From positions 416,001 through 480,000 of the forward strand of contig JBDHZC010000002.1 of NCBI GenBank assembly GCA_039811685.1: a stretch of DNA of 64,000 bases, in the 5' to 3' direction. The notes under the pieces are model-generated. The model saw only the letters and a list, made by a program, of their open reading frames with translations, had not been told where the DNA came from and did not search any database. The position numbers and the translations under genes are program-made. Shown one piece after another: positions 1 to 9,866 of this stretch; the stretch's first letter is position 1; each line of letters starts with the position of its first letter. This stretch comes from Armatimonadota bacterium (GTDB lineage: Bacteria > Armatimonadota > UBA5829 > DSUL01).

Positions 1-18
1 TTACAATTTCGCATTCAC

Positions 19-112
19 GGAGCGATGTCCGAGTTGGTCGAAGGAGCACGACTGGAAATCGTGTAGCGGGGTTAAAACTCGCTCGTGGGTTCGAATCCCA
101 CTCGCTCCGCCA
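19..112 (+). tRNA. tRNA-Ser (anticodon GGA)
   Basis: Acceptor stem GGAGCGA/TCGCTCC, anticodon arm CACGA-CTGGAAA-TCGTG, long variable arm, GGTTCGAATCC T-loop, encoded 3' CCA; a TACAAT -10-like hexamer lies at 2-7. Confidence 0.97.
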
Positions 113-228
113 CTTTGTCCGGAGCGTATCTTCAGTTTCCAGCGGGTCCGGGGGAGAGTCCGTTCGGGAGGGCGCGGACAAGACAAATCAGCAGCGCGTT
201 CAGGCGCAGCAACACAACAGCAGATACA

Positions 229-1791
229 GTGACAAAGACAACAGCGTTATTGCTAGCTCTTCCTCGACGCCTGTTCATCGGGCATCATTCGCATTCGTGG
301 CGCAGCGTCGTCGTTCGCTTCTTCGTGGCGGCGGTCTTCGTTCTCGTCTGCACCTGTCTGGATATCAGCCTGAAGATTCAATCCGCAAACTCTTCTCAGG
401 GAGTGGCGGGGCTGGCTTCGGCGCGCCATCTGACACACAGCGCGCGGCTCCTTGTGATCTCCCCGCATCCGGACGACGAATCGCTGGGGTGCGCAGGCCT
501 CATCCGAAGCACGGTTCGCGCGGGTGGCAAGGTGCGGGTGGTTTTTCTTACCAATGGGGACGGATTCCGGGTAGCCGCTGAGCGCGAGACACGTGAGCTG
601 CGGGTAACGCCCTCAGAGTTCGTGCAGTTCGGCAACTACCGCCGCCGCGAAACTGTGAAAGCCGACTCTCATCTGGGTCTCAAAGAGCAGGACCTGACCT
701 TCCTTGGGTATCCAGACCGGGGGCTGGTCCCGATGTGGACGGACTACTGGAACACTCCGTTCACGTCCCGCTACACCCGCGCCAGTTCTGTGCCTTACGA
801 GAAGGCCTACCTTCCAAACGCCCCCTATACAGGCAAAAGCGTCCTTCAGTCGCTGGTAGCGATTATCAGCGACTACCGGCCGACCAACATCGTTGTGACC
901 CATCCGCTGGATGACCATCCGGACCACTACGCCGCCTTTGCGTTCGCGACCGCAGCCCTCGAAGAAATTCGCGAGCGCGATCCGGCCTATGTCGCCCGCC
1001 TGGATCTGCGCACGTATCTGGTGCACAGAGGACAGTGGCCTAGCCCGCGCAAAGGCGCCGCTGAGCGCTGCATGGCGCCTCCCGCGTCCTTCGCTGATCA
1101 CGATCTGACGAAGTGGGAGATATTGACGCTTTCACCCGCGGACATCGCCGCCAAAGACGCCGCCATCAACTCCTACAAATCGCAGACCGCGATTATGGGG
1201 TCTTTTCTGCGCAGCTTCGGACGGAGAAACGAGCTTTTCGGCGCTATAAGCGAGCCTGCAATTCCCGTAGTCCGCACTGGAGCAATCCGTATTGACGGCG
1301 ATCTCAACGACTGGAAAACGATAAAACCGCAGATTGAAGACCCGACATCCGACAATCTCAGTCGCGCTCTGCGGGAAGGGGCTGACTTGAAGGCGCTCTG
1401 GTTGGCGCAGGACTCTGAAAATCTCTACCTGCGAGTGGATACCGCCAGGAAGATGCCAACCGGCCTGCGTCTGCGCGTGTTGGTGAGAGCCATAGACGGC
1501 AGCAAATCCGAAGCCCTTCCCATCGTGCTCACCGCGCCGCGATCGTTGACTCCGGCAGGATCACAGTTTGTCTGCAAGGCAAACACACTGGAAGCGCGTA
1601 TCCCGCTGTCAAAGCTGAGCATGCTGAACCAGCGGCCGCCGGGGATGACCAGAGTGTGGGTCGGCGCAAGCACTTACTATCTGGGGTTCAACATAGACAA
1701 AACCGGGTGGCGTCCGATGTCGCTGTCAGCCCGGACTCGAAGCGCTGCGCGTACGCGCGCACTCAGACTCTCAGGGCAGGGTGCCGGCTAG
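229..1791 (+). CDS. PIG-L/LmbE family deacetylase with N-terminal hydrophobic segment and C-terminal CBM9-like beta domain
   Basis: SPHPDDE and DDHPDH metal-binding motifs; IRIDGDLNDW and 'LAQDSENLYLRV' resemble CBM9/DOMON-like domains. The ORF-track start (85) lies inside the tRNA; the in-frame GTG at 229 is a tentative start. Confidence 0.8.
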   Translation: MTKTTALLLALPRRLFIGHHSHSWRSVVVRFFVAAVFVLVCTCLDISLKIQSANSSQGVAGLASARHLTHSARLLVISPHPDDESLGCAGLIRSTVRAGGKVRVVFLTNGDGFRVAAERETRELRVTPSEFVQFGNYRRRETVKADSHLGLKEQDLTFLGYPDRGLVPMWTDYWNTPFTSRYTRASSVPYEKAYLPNAPYTGKSVLQSLVAIISDYRPTNIVVTHPLDDHPDHYAAFAFATAALEEIRERDPAYVARLDLRTYLVHRGQWPSPRKGAAERCMAPPASFADHDLTKWEILTLSPADIAAKDAAINSYKSQTAIMGSFLRSFGRRNELFGAISEPAIPVVRTGAIRIDGDLNDWKTIKPQIEDPTSDNLSRALREGADLKALWLAQDSENLYLRVDTARKMPTGLRLRVLVRAIDGSKSEALPIVLTAPRSLTPAGSQFVCKANTLEARIPLSKLSMLNQRPPGMTRVWVGASTYYLGFNIDKTGWRPMSLSARTRSAARTRALRLSGQGAG

Positions 1792-2226
1792 GAGCCGGAA
1801 GACCCACACGCCCAGAAGCAACACAAGAGCCGCGCCAGCGCCTGTCCACTTCCACATAAGCGAAATATCGCCCAGCCCTCTCCTGCGACGCCACCAACCG
1901 ACGCTGTAATACAGAGCGGCGCCTGCCAGATAGACAATCAGCAGCGGGTGATAACGCCAGGATTGGCGCACATGTCCGTGCAGCAGCGCATGAAGCGAGC
2001 GTGTCATGCCGCAGGTTGCGCAGTCAACGCCGAAGGTCCGGCGCATAAAGCAGGTGGCAGGGATTTTCTCTACCGGCAGCACCCACACGAGGACTATCGC
2101 CGTGACAACCGCTGCGAGAAGAATTCGGCCCGACAGCGCGCTGCTCTTCGCGCCAGGAGGCAGAAGAGGACGTGGCGGGTGTATTTGCCCTTTCCGGGAA
2201 GACTGCTCTGTTGAGAAGATGCTCAC
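1771..2226 (-). CDS. DUF2752 family membrane protein
   Basis: C-FMRRTFGVD-CATCGMTRS...YHPL motif characteristic of DUF2752; three hydrophobic segments. Confidence 0.8.
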   Translation of the reverse strand: MSIFSTEQSSRKGQIHPPRPLLPPGAKSSALSGRILLAAVVTAIVLVWVLPVEKIPATCFMRRTFGVDCATCGMTRSLHALLHGHVRQSWRYHPLLIVYLAGAALYYSVGWWRRRRGLGDISLMWKWTGAGAALVLLLGVWVFRLLAGTLP

Positions 2227-2351
2227 ACCGCAGTCATGTTACTACAGACAGGCCGGTGGCAGAAAGCGCGTCTCAGCTTTTTCGCGCGTTTGCGCGGAGG
2301 GCGACTGAGCGCACGGCGTGGACGCGCAAAAGGCGCTGGACAGGTGCGAGC

Positions 2352-3008
2352 TCAGGCGGCGTTGCCCGCGCCGGACTGCATCTCCCGAAGGCTGAGGAAC
2401 AGCTTTACTTCGGCTGGCGCGCGCGCTTCACGCTCGGCAATCTCCGCCCACGAAAGCCCCTGATCGGCCAGCTCATAAATGCGCTCAACGGACCCCTGCG
2501 CGGAGGAGGCGGCAGGCTCAGGCTCAACGCCGGGCACAGCGGCGTCTCCAGCCAGGCTCGGCGCAAAAGATGAACCTGCGGCCACTTCTTCCTGCGGAAG
2601 CTCAAACTCCGGAATCGGCTGTGCCTTCGCCAGCTCCGCCACGGAGGGGCTTGTCTCTTCACCGCGAGTGTCTATATTCAGAGGTTCAAAAGGCTTGAAC
2701 GGCACTTCCACAGCGGTGTTGGGCAAAGGTGACGTGGTAGATGACGACGGCGGTTTTGCAAGAGACTCTGCAGCGGCTTGAGCCTTTCGAATCGCTTCCT
2801 CCACCTGCGCCGTGCACTCATCCGCCGCCGAGCGCAGGTCCGCGACCAGAGCGTCGCACGTCTCTCTGAGGGCCTCCATGTCAGCGGGAGTGAGTGACTC
2901 GGTCTCCCGCGCAGCGCGCGCGCTGTTCATCGCCCACTGCGCCACTTTCCAGAACACCGCGACAAAGGCGGCCAGAATTGCGAAAACTAAGAGTGTGTAG
3001 ATATCCAT
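2352..3008 (-). CDS. SwrB/YlxL-like (DUF6115-type) single-pass membrane protein
   Basis: N-terminal TM, coiled coil, low-complexity linker, C-terminal 'IYELADQGLSWAEIAE...EVKLFLSL' helical motif; lies downstream of fliA, as swrB lies downstream of sigD in Bacillus. Confidence 0.65.
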   Translation of the reverse strand: MDIYTLLVFAILAAFVAVFWKVAQWAMNSARAARETESLTPADMEALRETCDALVADLRSAADECTAQVEEAIRKAQAAAESLAKPPSSSTTSPLPNTAVEVPFKPFEPLNIDTRGEETSPSVAELAKAQPIPEFELPQEEVAAGSSFAPSLAGDAAVPGVEPEPAASSAQGSVERIYELADQGLSWAEIAEREARAPAEVKLFLSLREMQSGAGNAA

Positions 3009-3038
3009 AGGCTTTCAGATGAGTCTGGCGGAAGCGCT

Positions 3039-3227
3039 TCACGCGACTTCGTCAATGAGATGATCAGAGCTTTCTCGCTCGTCGCGGCGCTCCTCTGGGT
3101 CTTCCTCGACATGACCGCGTCCGGAGCTCCCGTGCCGCTCCCGCGCGTCGCGCTCCATCGACTTACCGCTGTCAGCAACTCCCGTCAAACGCGTCAGTTG
3201 CGCTGAATCTGTAGGACGAATAAGCAT
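3039..3227 (-). CDS. Small charged hypothetical protein (62 aa)
   Basis: GGAGG RBS upstream of ATG at 3227; fills the gap between fliA and the SwrB-like gene; ends HLIDEVA. Confidence 0.55.
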   Translation of the reverse strand: MLIRPTDSAQLTRLTGVADSGKSMERDARERHGSSGRGHVEEDPEERRDERESSDHLIDEVA

Positions 3228-3296
3228 GGGTCGCCTCCGTCTCCGGCGCTGCGCTGCCACTTCGCAAGCGCCCGCCCAGCCTGGCGATTCGGCCGC

Positions 3297-4079
3297 TTAC
3301 GCCGCCATGAACATCACATCCAGCCACCGGGAGAGCTTTGCCTGCAGCTTCAGGATGGCTTTGGTGTGAATCTGGCACGCTCTGGACTCGGAAAAACCGA
3401 GAACCTGCCCAATCTCTTTGAGGGTCATATCCTCGAAATAATACAGGGCGATGACCGTGCGTTCGTTGTCCACCAGGCTGTCAATAGCTTCCGCCAACAT
3501 CCGCTTCACCTGCGAGTTTTGCGCGTGCGTTGCCGGATCGTATGCCATGTTATCGGCGATATTTGAGGAAGAATTTAGATCGCCGATGTCAGAAATTACG
3601 GCGTCCAGGCTTTCGATGGCGGAGGCGTTCATAACTGTGAGAAGCTCTTCCAGCTCCTCCTGCGAAATGCCGAGCGCATCGCGCAACTCCTCGTCTGTCG
3701 CGCTGCGTCCCTCAGACATCTCGATTCTGCGCATCGCCTGCCGCAGTTTGTTCTCACTGTTGCGCACAGCGCGGGGCAGCCAGTCTGTGCTGCGCACCGC
3801 ATCCAGAATCGCTCCGCGAATGCGCACCAGCGCGTACGCCTCAAACGGACGCCCCATCTCGAGATCAAAGCGCTCGACAGCGTCAATGAGTCCCACAATA
3901 GCATGGCCATAGAGGTCATCCTGAGAAAAGACCGGGCCGGTGGGAATGTGTACGCGGCCGGCTCCAACTTTGGCCAGGTACATGTAGTGTTCAATAAGGC
4001 GCGTGCGCGCGTCAGCGTCTCCGTGCTCTTTGAAGCGCTTCCACAGATATGCGGTTTCAGAGTGTTCAGAAGAGATCAA
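3297..4079 (-). CDS. fliA: FliA/WhiG family RNA polymerase sigma factor (sigma28)
   Basis: GLIDAVERFD, YALVRIRGAILD, DWLPR, and region 4 'LYYFEDMTLKEIGQVLGFSESRACQIH'; in flagellar operon. Confidence 0.93.
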   Translation of the reverse strand: MISSEHSETAYLWKRFKEHGDADARTRLIEHYMYLAKVGAGRVHIPTGPVFSQDDLYGHAIVGLIDAVERFDLEMGRPFEAYALVRIRGAILDAVRSTDWLPRAVRNSENKLRQAMRRIEMSEGRSATDEELRDALGISQEELEELLTVMNASAIESLDAVISDIGDLNSSSNIADNMAYDPATHAQNSQVKRMLAEAIDSLVDNERTVIALYYFEDMTLKEIGQVLGFSESRACQIHTKAILKLQAKLSRWLDVMFMAA

Positions 4080-4083
4080 TTAG

Positions 4084-4305
4084 CTATTTGTCTTCCTGCG
4101 CGCCCTGACCAAACGTTCCAGAGCGCTCCAGTCCGTCCACGACACCCGCCAGCAAATTGCCGATAAGCCGCACGACTACACCCGCGCCGATGGATTTCAG
4201 CGCACACGTCAGCAGGTCCTGACCGCCCGTCACGCAGATGAACATGGTGACCAGAAAAGCCACCAGCCCGAGCATATTGCTGACCCACTGATAGAGCGAA
4301 ACCAC
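4084..4305 (-). CDS. Small two-TM hypothetical protein
   Basis: 73-aa ORF packed between flhF and fliA with only 3-4 bp gaps; two hydrophobic stretches. Confidence 0.65.
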   Translation of the reverse strand: MVSLYQWVSNMLGLVAFLVTMFICVTGGQDLLTCALKSIGAGVVVRLIGNLLAGVVDGLERSGTFGQGAQEDK

Positions 4306-4308
4306 TGT

Positions 4309-5436
4309 TTATCCGCCAGAGCCTTCCAGACTCTGAAGCACCAGCAACGCCATCTCCACAGCCTGAGCGCAACGGATGCCTCCAGGAATGCTCTGCCCCG
4401 TCGTCAGGTGGCTGATGGCGGTGCGGCTGCTCTGCCCAATGGCCGCTACCGGGCCTGCCGTAGAGGCTTCATCCAGCTTGCTGACAATCAGTCGGTAAGG
4501 ATCTATCCGTTCAAACGCCCGGAGCATCTGTGCGCGCACATCCGGGGCCAGGTTCGCCGGCACGACAACCACAGGCCGCACCCTGTCGTCGCTGAGGAGA
4601 GATTTGAGAGAAGAGATAAAGTCTTGGTCGCGCGCGCTCCCGCCTGCTGTATCAATAAAAATGACATCGTACTCCGTGAAGCTGTCCAGAGCCGCACTCA
4701 GGCCCTGCGGGGAGACAGCCTCGCAAAACGGGACATCCAGCGCGCTCACAAGAGTCTTGAGCATGGCAGACGCTCCAAGGCGCTGGGTATCGCATCCGAT
4801 GACAGCTACCCTCCTGCCCTGGCGGAATTTGTATTCAGCCGCCAGCCTCGCAAGCGCCGTCGTTTTGCCTGAGCCCGTTGAGCCAACCAGAGCAAAGACG
4901 CCAGGTCCTTGCTCCGGAAGAGTAAAGTCAGCGCAGGTGAAAAGGCAACTCCACTGCTGCGCCAGCTCTTCCAGCGGCTTTCCGGAGCGCGCGGAGCGTA
5001 CAATCTGCGCCGCCAGAGCAGGCTCTACACCAGCGTCACGCAACCGGCGCTCTGCGGTTGACTCCGGCCGCACGTGGGCCGCCAACACACCTTCCCCCAC
5101 CAGAGACTCAAGCGCAGTGCGCAACGCAGCCACTTCACCCGCCACATTGCCGGGACCAGAAGCATGCGAATCGCCAGCGCTGTCTGCGGAGGCGAGCGCT
5201 GGGCTTACAGGCTGTGGGGTGCGCAGCGCGCTCACAAGCGCCGCATCTGTCTCATCCACCGCCGCAACCAGCTCAACCAGAGTCTGCGACAGCGCCCGGC
5301 CGTTTGCGCCCGCTCGCATAGCGGGCGACTCGGCGTACTCCCGCGTGTTCAAGATCACCGCGTCCTCGCCAAGTTCGCGCCGCGCCAGCTCCATGGCTTC
5401 CTTGAGCGTTCTTGCTTCAAATTTCTTGATTTTCAT
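4309..5436 (-). CDS. flhF: Flagellar biosynthesis SRP-family GTPase FlhF
   Basis: N-terminal MKIKKFEA..MEL.R.ELGEDAVILN; GSTGSGKTT, DTQR, DTAG, SKLDE, GQSIP motifs. Confidence 0.92.
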   Translation of the reverse strand: MKIKKFEARTLKEAMELARRELGEDAVILNTREYAESPAMRAGANGRALSQTLVELVAAVDETDAALVSALRTPQPVSPALASADSAGDSHASGPGNVAGEVAALRTALESLVGEGVLAAHVRPESTAERRLRDAGVEPALAAQIVRSARSGKPLEELAQQWSCLFTCADFTLPEQGPGVFALVGSTGSGKTTALARLAAEYKFRQGRRVAVIGCDTQRLGASAMLKTLVSALDVPFCEAVSPQGLSAALDSFTEYDVIFIDTAGGSARDQDFISSLKSLLSDDRVRPVVVVPANLAPDVRAQMLRAFERIDPYRLIVSKLDEASTAGPVAAIGQSSRTAISHLTTGQSIPGGIRCAQAVEMALLVLQSLEGSGG

Positions 5437-5473
5437 CTTCTTACTGAATCCGCAATACCGTGTTATACGTTAC

Positions 5474-7573
5474 CTAGACAGGTGCGACTGGCTCGGCAGA
5501 CGCCACCTCTTCGACCATCACCATCCCCGTTGACTCCACATTGACTCCGGTTGGAATCTCGTTGTAGCTCAACACGGGAAGCTGCGGGAAATTGCGCTCT
5601 ACCAGCCGGCGAAAATGCATCCGGACAGGCGCCGAAACCAGCGCAAGCGGCGAATGTCCGTTCATTGCGATGCGCTCCATTTGATCTCTGACGGAGAGCA
5701 GAATCTTCTGCAGCAGCTCCGGATCAATAATGCAGCGCACGCCGTTCTCCGTCTGGCGCAGCGACTCCGAGAGGTGGTGCTCGATGCGCGGGTCCACCGT
5801 GAACACATGCAGCCTTCCGTCGGGCTCCGTATGCTGCCTGGTGATCTGTCTCCCCAGCCGCTCGCGCACCTTTTCCACCAGAATGTCCACGTCCTTGGTC
5901 AAGGGCGCATGGTCTGCCAGCGCCTCCAGAATACTTGAGACATCCCGAACATCAACGCGCTCATCCAGCAGGCGGCATAACACGCGCTGAACCTCACCAA
6001 CCGACATAATCTTCGGCACCAGTTCATCTACCACGATAGGCGCTTTCTCTTTCACGGAGTCGATGATAGCCTGGACGTCCTGGCGGGTTACAATCTCACT
6101 TGCGTGCGAGCGGACAAACTCAGAAAGATGAGTTATCAACACTGTGACAGCGTCCACCACGCTGCATCCCAGTGACTCGGCAATGCTGCGGTCCTGCTCG
6201 GCAATCCAGACGGCCGGAAGCCCAAAGGCGGGTTCAGTTGTGCGCAGGCCCGGGATGTCAATGGATCCGCCGCTTGGGTTCATCGCAAGCAACTGGCCAG
6301 GGTAGCTCTCTCCACGCGCCACTTCCACGCCCTTGAGCTTGACGGCGTACTCTGTTGGCTTGAGTTGCAGATTGTCACGCACCCGAATGGGTGGCGTCAC
6401 AAATCCGGATTCCGTAGCCATCTGACGGCGCAGCGCTGTGACGCGGTCCAGCAGGTCTCCGCCCTGTTTTCTGTCCGCCAGAACAATAAGCCCGTAGCCA
6501 ATCTCAAGCTCCAGCGGGTCAACTCCCACCAGCTCAGCCAGATTCTCCGGCGGTTTTGGCGCATCCGGCTGCTCCTGCGCGGCGGGTCTGGCTGAGGCCG
6601 CTGCCTGCTGTCTGGAAAGTGTCATCGCGAGAAGTCCCGCCATCGTTCCGACAAAGAGAAACGGAGCCTTGGGAATGCCCGGGACGAGCCCGAGCATTAG
6701 AAAGACGCCGGCCGCAGTCCCGATGGCTTTGGGCTGTGCGAGCATCTGCGTGCTGAGGTTAGCGCCGAGGTTGGTCTCCCCGTTAGCCCGGGTGACAACC
6801 AGACCGGTCGCAGTGGAAATGAGAAGCGCCGGAATCTGCGCAACCAGCCCCTCTCCAATAGTCAGCAGAGTGTAAGTCTGCAGCGCTGTCTGCAGGTCCA
6901 TATGGTGCTGGACTATGCCCACCGTGAACCCGCCGAGAATGTTGACGACGATGATGATTACCGCCGCGATAGCGTCCCCGCGCACGAACTTGCTCGCGCC
7001 GTCCATCGCTCCGTAAAAATCTGACTCCTCAGCAATCTTCTTGCGGCGCTCGCGGGCTTCATCTTCGTTAATCAGCCCCGCGTTGAGGTCTGCGTCAATG
7101 GCCATCTGCTTACCAGGCATCGCGTCCAGAGTGAAGCGCGCCGCAACCTCCGCCACGCGCCCCGCGCCATTTGTGATAACCACAAACTGGATCATCACCA
7201 GAATGATGAAGACAACCAGCCCGACGATATAGTTGCCACCCACAACCACAGAACCAAAAGCGCTGATGATCGCGCCTGCCTCCGCGTGCAGCAGAATCAG
7301 ACGGGTTGCGGAGATGTTGAGCGCCAGCCGAAAGAGCGTTACGATGAGCAGCATCGAGGGAAAGCTGCTGAAATCCAGAGGGCGCGCGCTGTAGATAACC
7401 ACCAGCATGATGGTCAGAGCCAGCGTTATGTTGAACCCGAGCAGAATGTCCAGCAGCCACGACGGCAGCGGAACGACCATCATCCCGACGATGAGCACCG
7501 CGCCCAGAGCGCTGACCAGGTCCGGGCTTACCAGCTTTCGCTGCGGGTTGGGTTGTGCTATTGCTACAGCCAA
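5474..7573 (-). CDS. flhA: Flagellar export gate protein FlhA
   Basis: FHIPEP signature RVAEVAARFTLDAMPGKQMAIDADL; FYGAMDGASKFVRGDA. Confidence 0.98.
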   Translation of the reverse strand: MAVAIAQPNPQRKLVSPDLVSALGAVLIVGMMVVPLPSWLLDILLGFNITLALTIMLVVIYSARPLDFSSFPSMLLIVTLFRLALNISATRLILLHAEAGAIISAFGSVVVGGNYIVGLVVFIILVMIQFVVITNGAGRVAEVAARFTLDAMPGKQMAIDADLNAGLINEDEARERRKKIAEESDFYGAMDGASKFVRGDAIAAVIIIVVNILGGFTVGIVQHHMDLQTALQTYTLLTIGEGLVAQIPALLISTATGLVVTRANGETNLGANLSTQMLAQPKAIGTAAGVFLMLGLVPGIPKAPFLFVGTMAGLLAMTLSRQQAAASARPAAQEQPDAPKPPENLAELVGVDPLELEIGYGLIVLADRKQGGDLLDRVTALRRQMATESGFVTPPIRVRDNLQLKPTEYAVKLKGVEVARGESYPGQLLAMNPSGGSIDIPGLRTTEPAFGLPAVWIAEQDRSIAESLGCSVVDAVTVLITHLSEFVRSHASEIVTRQDVQAIIDSVKEKAPIVVDELVPKIMSVGEVQRVLCRLLDERVDVRDVSSILEALADHAPLTKDVDILVEKVRERLGRQITRQHTEPDGRLHVFTVDPRIEHHLSESLRQTENGVRCIIDPELLQKILLSVRDQMERIAMNGHSPLALVSAPVRMHFRRLVERNFPQLPVLSYNEIPTGVNVESTGMVMVEEVASAEPVAPV

Positions 7574-7694
7574 AGGTGTGACTCAGTCCTTTTCAGTACG
7601 TGCGCAGCGACCGCGCCGCGTCCACTGACAGCGTCCTTATTAGACCTGACAGGAAGGTACGGAGACAGCCGCGCGTCGCTTTGAATCTGCCTGC

Positions 7695-8765
7695 TCATCT
7701 GGCCACTCCCGCGGAAGCGTTCTTGATCCGGTAGACGGCCGCCAGCACTTCAGCTACAGCCTCGTACAGCTCCAGCGGCACTTCACGTCCCACCTCAACG
7801 CTTCTGAACAGGGAGCGCGCCAGGGGAATGTTTCGCACGACAGGCACTTTGTGCTTCTCGGCGATCTCCTTGATCTTTTCCGCGACCAGGTTCTGTCCTT
7901 TAGCCACCACTTTTGGCGCCGCCATCTCACCGGCGTCGTACTTCAGAGCGACTGCGAAGTGGACCGGGTTGGTGATGACGACATCGGCCTTCGGAACGTC
8001 CGCCATCATCCGTTTTCGAGCCATCTCCCGCATAATCGAGCGGATGCGAGAGCGTGTGGTCGGGTCTCCTTCAGATCGCCGCAGGTCTTCTTTGAGCTCC
8101 TGGCGGGTCATCATCAGCTCCTGCATGTGCTGGCGGCGCTGAACGGCGTAGTCGATGCCGGCGATCACCAGAATGCTGCAGGTGGCGCGGACAATCATCT
8201 TCCAGGCCACAGCGCCCACGCCGGTCGCTATGCCGATCCACGAAGTGTTCATCAGATTGGCCAGCGTACCAGACTCTTCCCGCAGCGTGATCCAGATGAC
8301 ATAGCCCACCACCAGAACCTTCAAAGTTGTCTTGAAAAGCTCGAAAACACCGCGCTTCGAGAGCATCCTCTGCAGACCCTTCATCGGGTCAAGTCTTGTA
8401 AGCTGAGGCTGGAGAGGCTCAACAGAGAACACAAGTCCCACCTGCGCGGCGGTAGCCAGCGCGGCAACGCCCATACCTATCAGGAGCACCGGCAGCAGGA
8501 TCATCACAGACTGCGTGAGAGCAAAGCGCCCCATCACACTCGCTGACTCCAGATCGAAGCTGCGCACCGGCCAGGTCGTGAAGCAGTACACGCAAAGGTT
8601 GCGCAGGCGCTCCGTGAAAGCGGGTCCCATCGTCTTGAGAGTGATCAGAGCCGCCAGAACAGCCAGACTCGAAGACAGTTCAACTGAGCGCGCAGCCTGA
8701 CCCTTTCGACGCGCCTCTTCGCGGCGACGGTCTGTCGGTTGTTCTGTTTTTTCTTCAAGCGCCAT
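7695..8765 (-). CDS. flhB: Flagellar export switch protein FlhB
   Basis: EEKTEQPT N-terminus, SEGDP, autocleavage site variant NPVH (canonical NPTH), AP.VVAKG. Confidence 0.96.
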   Translation of the reverse strand: MALEEKTEQPTDRRREEARRKGQAARSVELSSSLAVLAALITLKTMGPAFTERLRNLCVYCFTTWPVRSFDLESASVMGRFALTQSVMILLPVLLIGMGVAALATAAQVGLVFSVEPLQPQLTRLDPMKGLQRMLSKRGVFELFKTTLKVLVVGYVIWITLREESGTLANLMNTSWIGIATGVGAVAWKMIVRATCSILVIAGIDYAVQRRQHMQELMMTRQELKEDLRRSEGDPTTRSRIRSIMREMARKRMMADVPKADVVITNPVHFAVALKYDAGEMAAPKVVAKGQNLVAEKIKEIAEKHKVPVVRNIPLARSLFRSVEVGREVPLELYEAVAEVLAAVYRIKNASAGVAR

Positions 8766-8773
8766 TTAGATTT

Positions 8774-9556
8774 TCAGTGCCCCAGCGCCCGCGCCGCCAC
8801 CATCACGTCGCCATACATCCCTCTCAGCAAATGCGTCAGCACAACTCCCATCACCGGCAACCCAACCGCCAATGCGCAGATTCCAACTCCTATTTTCAGC
8901 GGCAGCCCCACCATCAGCAGGTTGAGCTGAGGAGATGTCCGCGCAACCAGCCCAAGCGCGATGTCACACAGCAGCATCAGACCGATGATCGGCCCGGCTA
9001 TCTTCAGCCCGGTGAGAAACACCTCCACGAAGATCTCCATCACCGGACGGGAAGCCGCCGCCAGGTTGGCCGGGGCGCCCGGAGCGATGATGCCAAAGCT
9101 CTCTACCAGCCCCTGGATCAACAGGTGATGCGCGCCCACCACCAGAAACAGCAGCGTCGCGAACATCTGGAGAAAGCGCGCCGCAACCGGCATCTGCACG
9201 TTGCTGATCGGATCCACACTGCCGGAGAGCCCAAACCCTATTTCGTAGTCCATCAGCTCACCAGCCATCTGCGCAGCCGAGATGACCAGGCTCGCTATGA
9301 AGCCGATAGCCAGCCCGACCGTCACCTCTCGCGCCAAACCCACCACCAGCGGCAGTGGGCTGGCCTGCGTGAACTGAGGCGCTGATCCGGACACCGGCGC
9401 AACCGCCGCTGCCAGCGCAACGATTATGATGATGCGCACCTGCACCGGAACCTTCGCCTGCCCAAATATGGGCGCGACGGAAAAAATGCCGCCAACTCTG
9501 CCGAGCACCAGCAGAAATCGAATCAGTTGTTCGCTCCACAAATCCAGAACTGTCAC
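8774..9556 (-). CDS. fliR: Flagellar export protein FliR
   Basis: Hydrophobic; AQMAGELMD, PQLNLL.VGLPLK; position between fliQ and flhB. Confidence 0.94.
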   Translation of the reverse strand: MTVLDLWSEQLIRFLLVLGRVGGIFSVAPIFGQAKVPVQVRIIIIVALAAAVAPVSGSAPQFTQASPLPLVVGLAREVTVGLAIGFIASLVISAAQMAGELMDYEIGFGLSGSVDPISNVQMPVAARFLQMFATLLFLVVGAHHLLIQGLVESFGIIAPGAPANLAAASRPVMEIFVEVFLTGLKIAGPIIGLMLLCDIALGLVARTSPQLNLLMVGLPLKIGVGICALAVGLPVMGVVLTHLLRGMYGDVMVAARALGH

Positions 9557-9574
9557 GTCAGAATCTCGATTTCC

Positions 9575-9841
9575 TCAGCGCACAAGCTGCGGGATAGACA
9601 GAAGCAGATCCCGCGAAAAACCTACGAGCATCTTCAGCATCCACGGGCCGAAAAATACTCCGGAAAGTACGACAGCGATGATTTTTGGGACAAAGGAGAT
9701 TGTGGCTTCCTGAATCTGTGTGGCGGCCTGAAAAATGCTGACCAGAAGCCCAACCACAAGACCGACAATCAGCACCGGAGCGCACAGGATCAGCGCAATC
9801 GAAATAGATTTTTGAGCCAGATGCAAGACTGCGGAATCCAT
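9575..9841 (-). CDS. fliQ: Flagellar export protein FliQ
   Basis: GLLVSIFQAATQIQEATISFVPK signature. Confidence 0.96.
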   Translation of the reverse strand: MDSAVLHLAQKSISIALILCAPVLIVGLVVGLLVSIFQAATQIQEATISFVPKIIAVVLSGVFFGPWMLKMLVGFSRDLLLSIPQLVR

Positions 9842-9866
9842 TTGTTACTCCTCGAAACACCGTCCG

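Noticed and set aside
19..112. tRNA-Ser as an integration site for a genomic island
   Set aside because: No integrase and no duplicated tRNA 3' end were seen; downstream genes are core flagellar and housekeeping genes.
85..228. N-terminal extension of the PIG-L ORF
   Set aside because: It starts inside the tRNA gene and is an artefact of longest-ORF calling.
4604..5533. 309-aa + strand ORF
   Set aside because: Antisense shadow of flhF/flhA; Ser/Ala/Arg-rich with no motifs.
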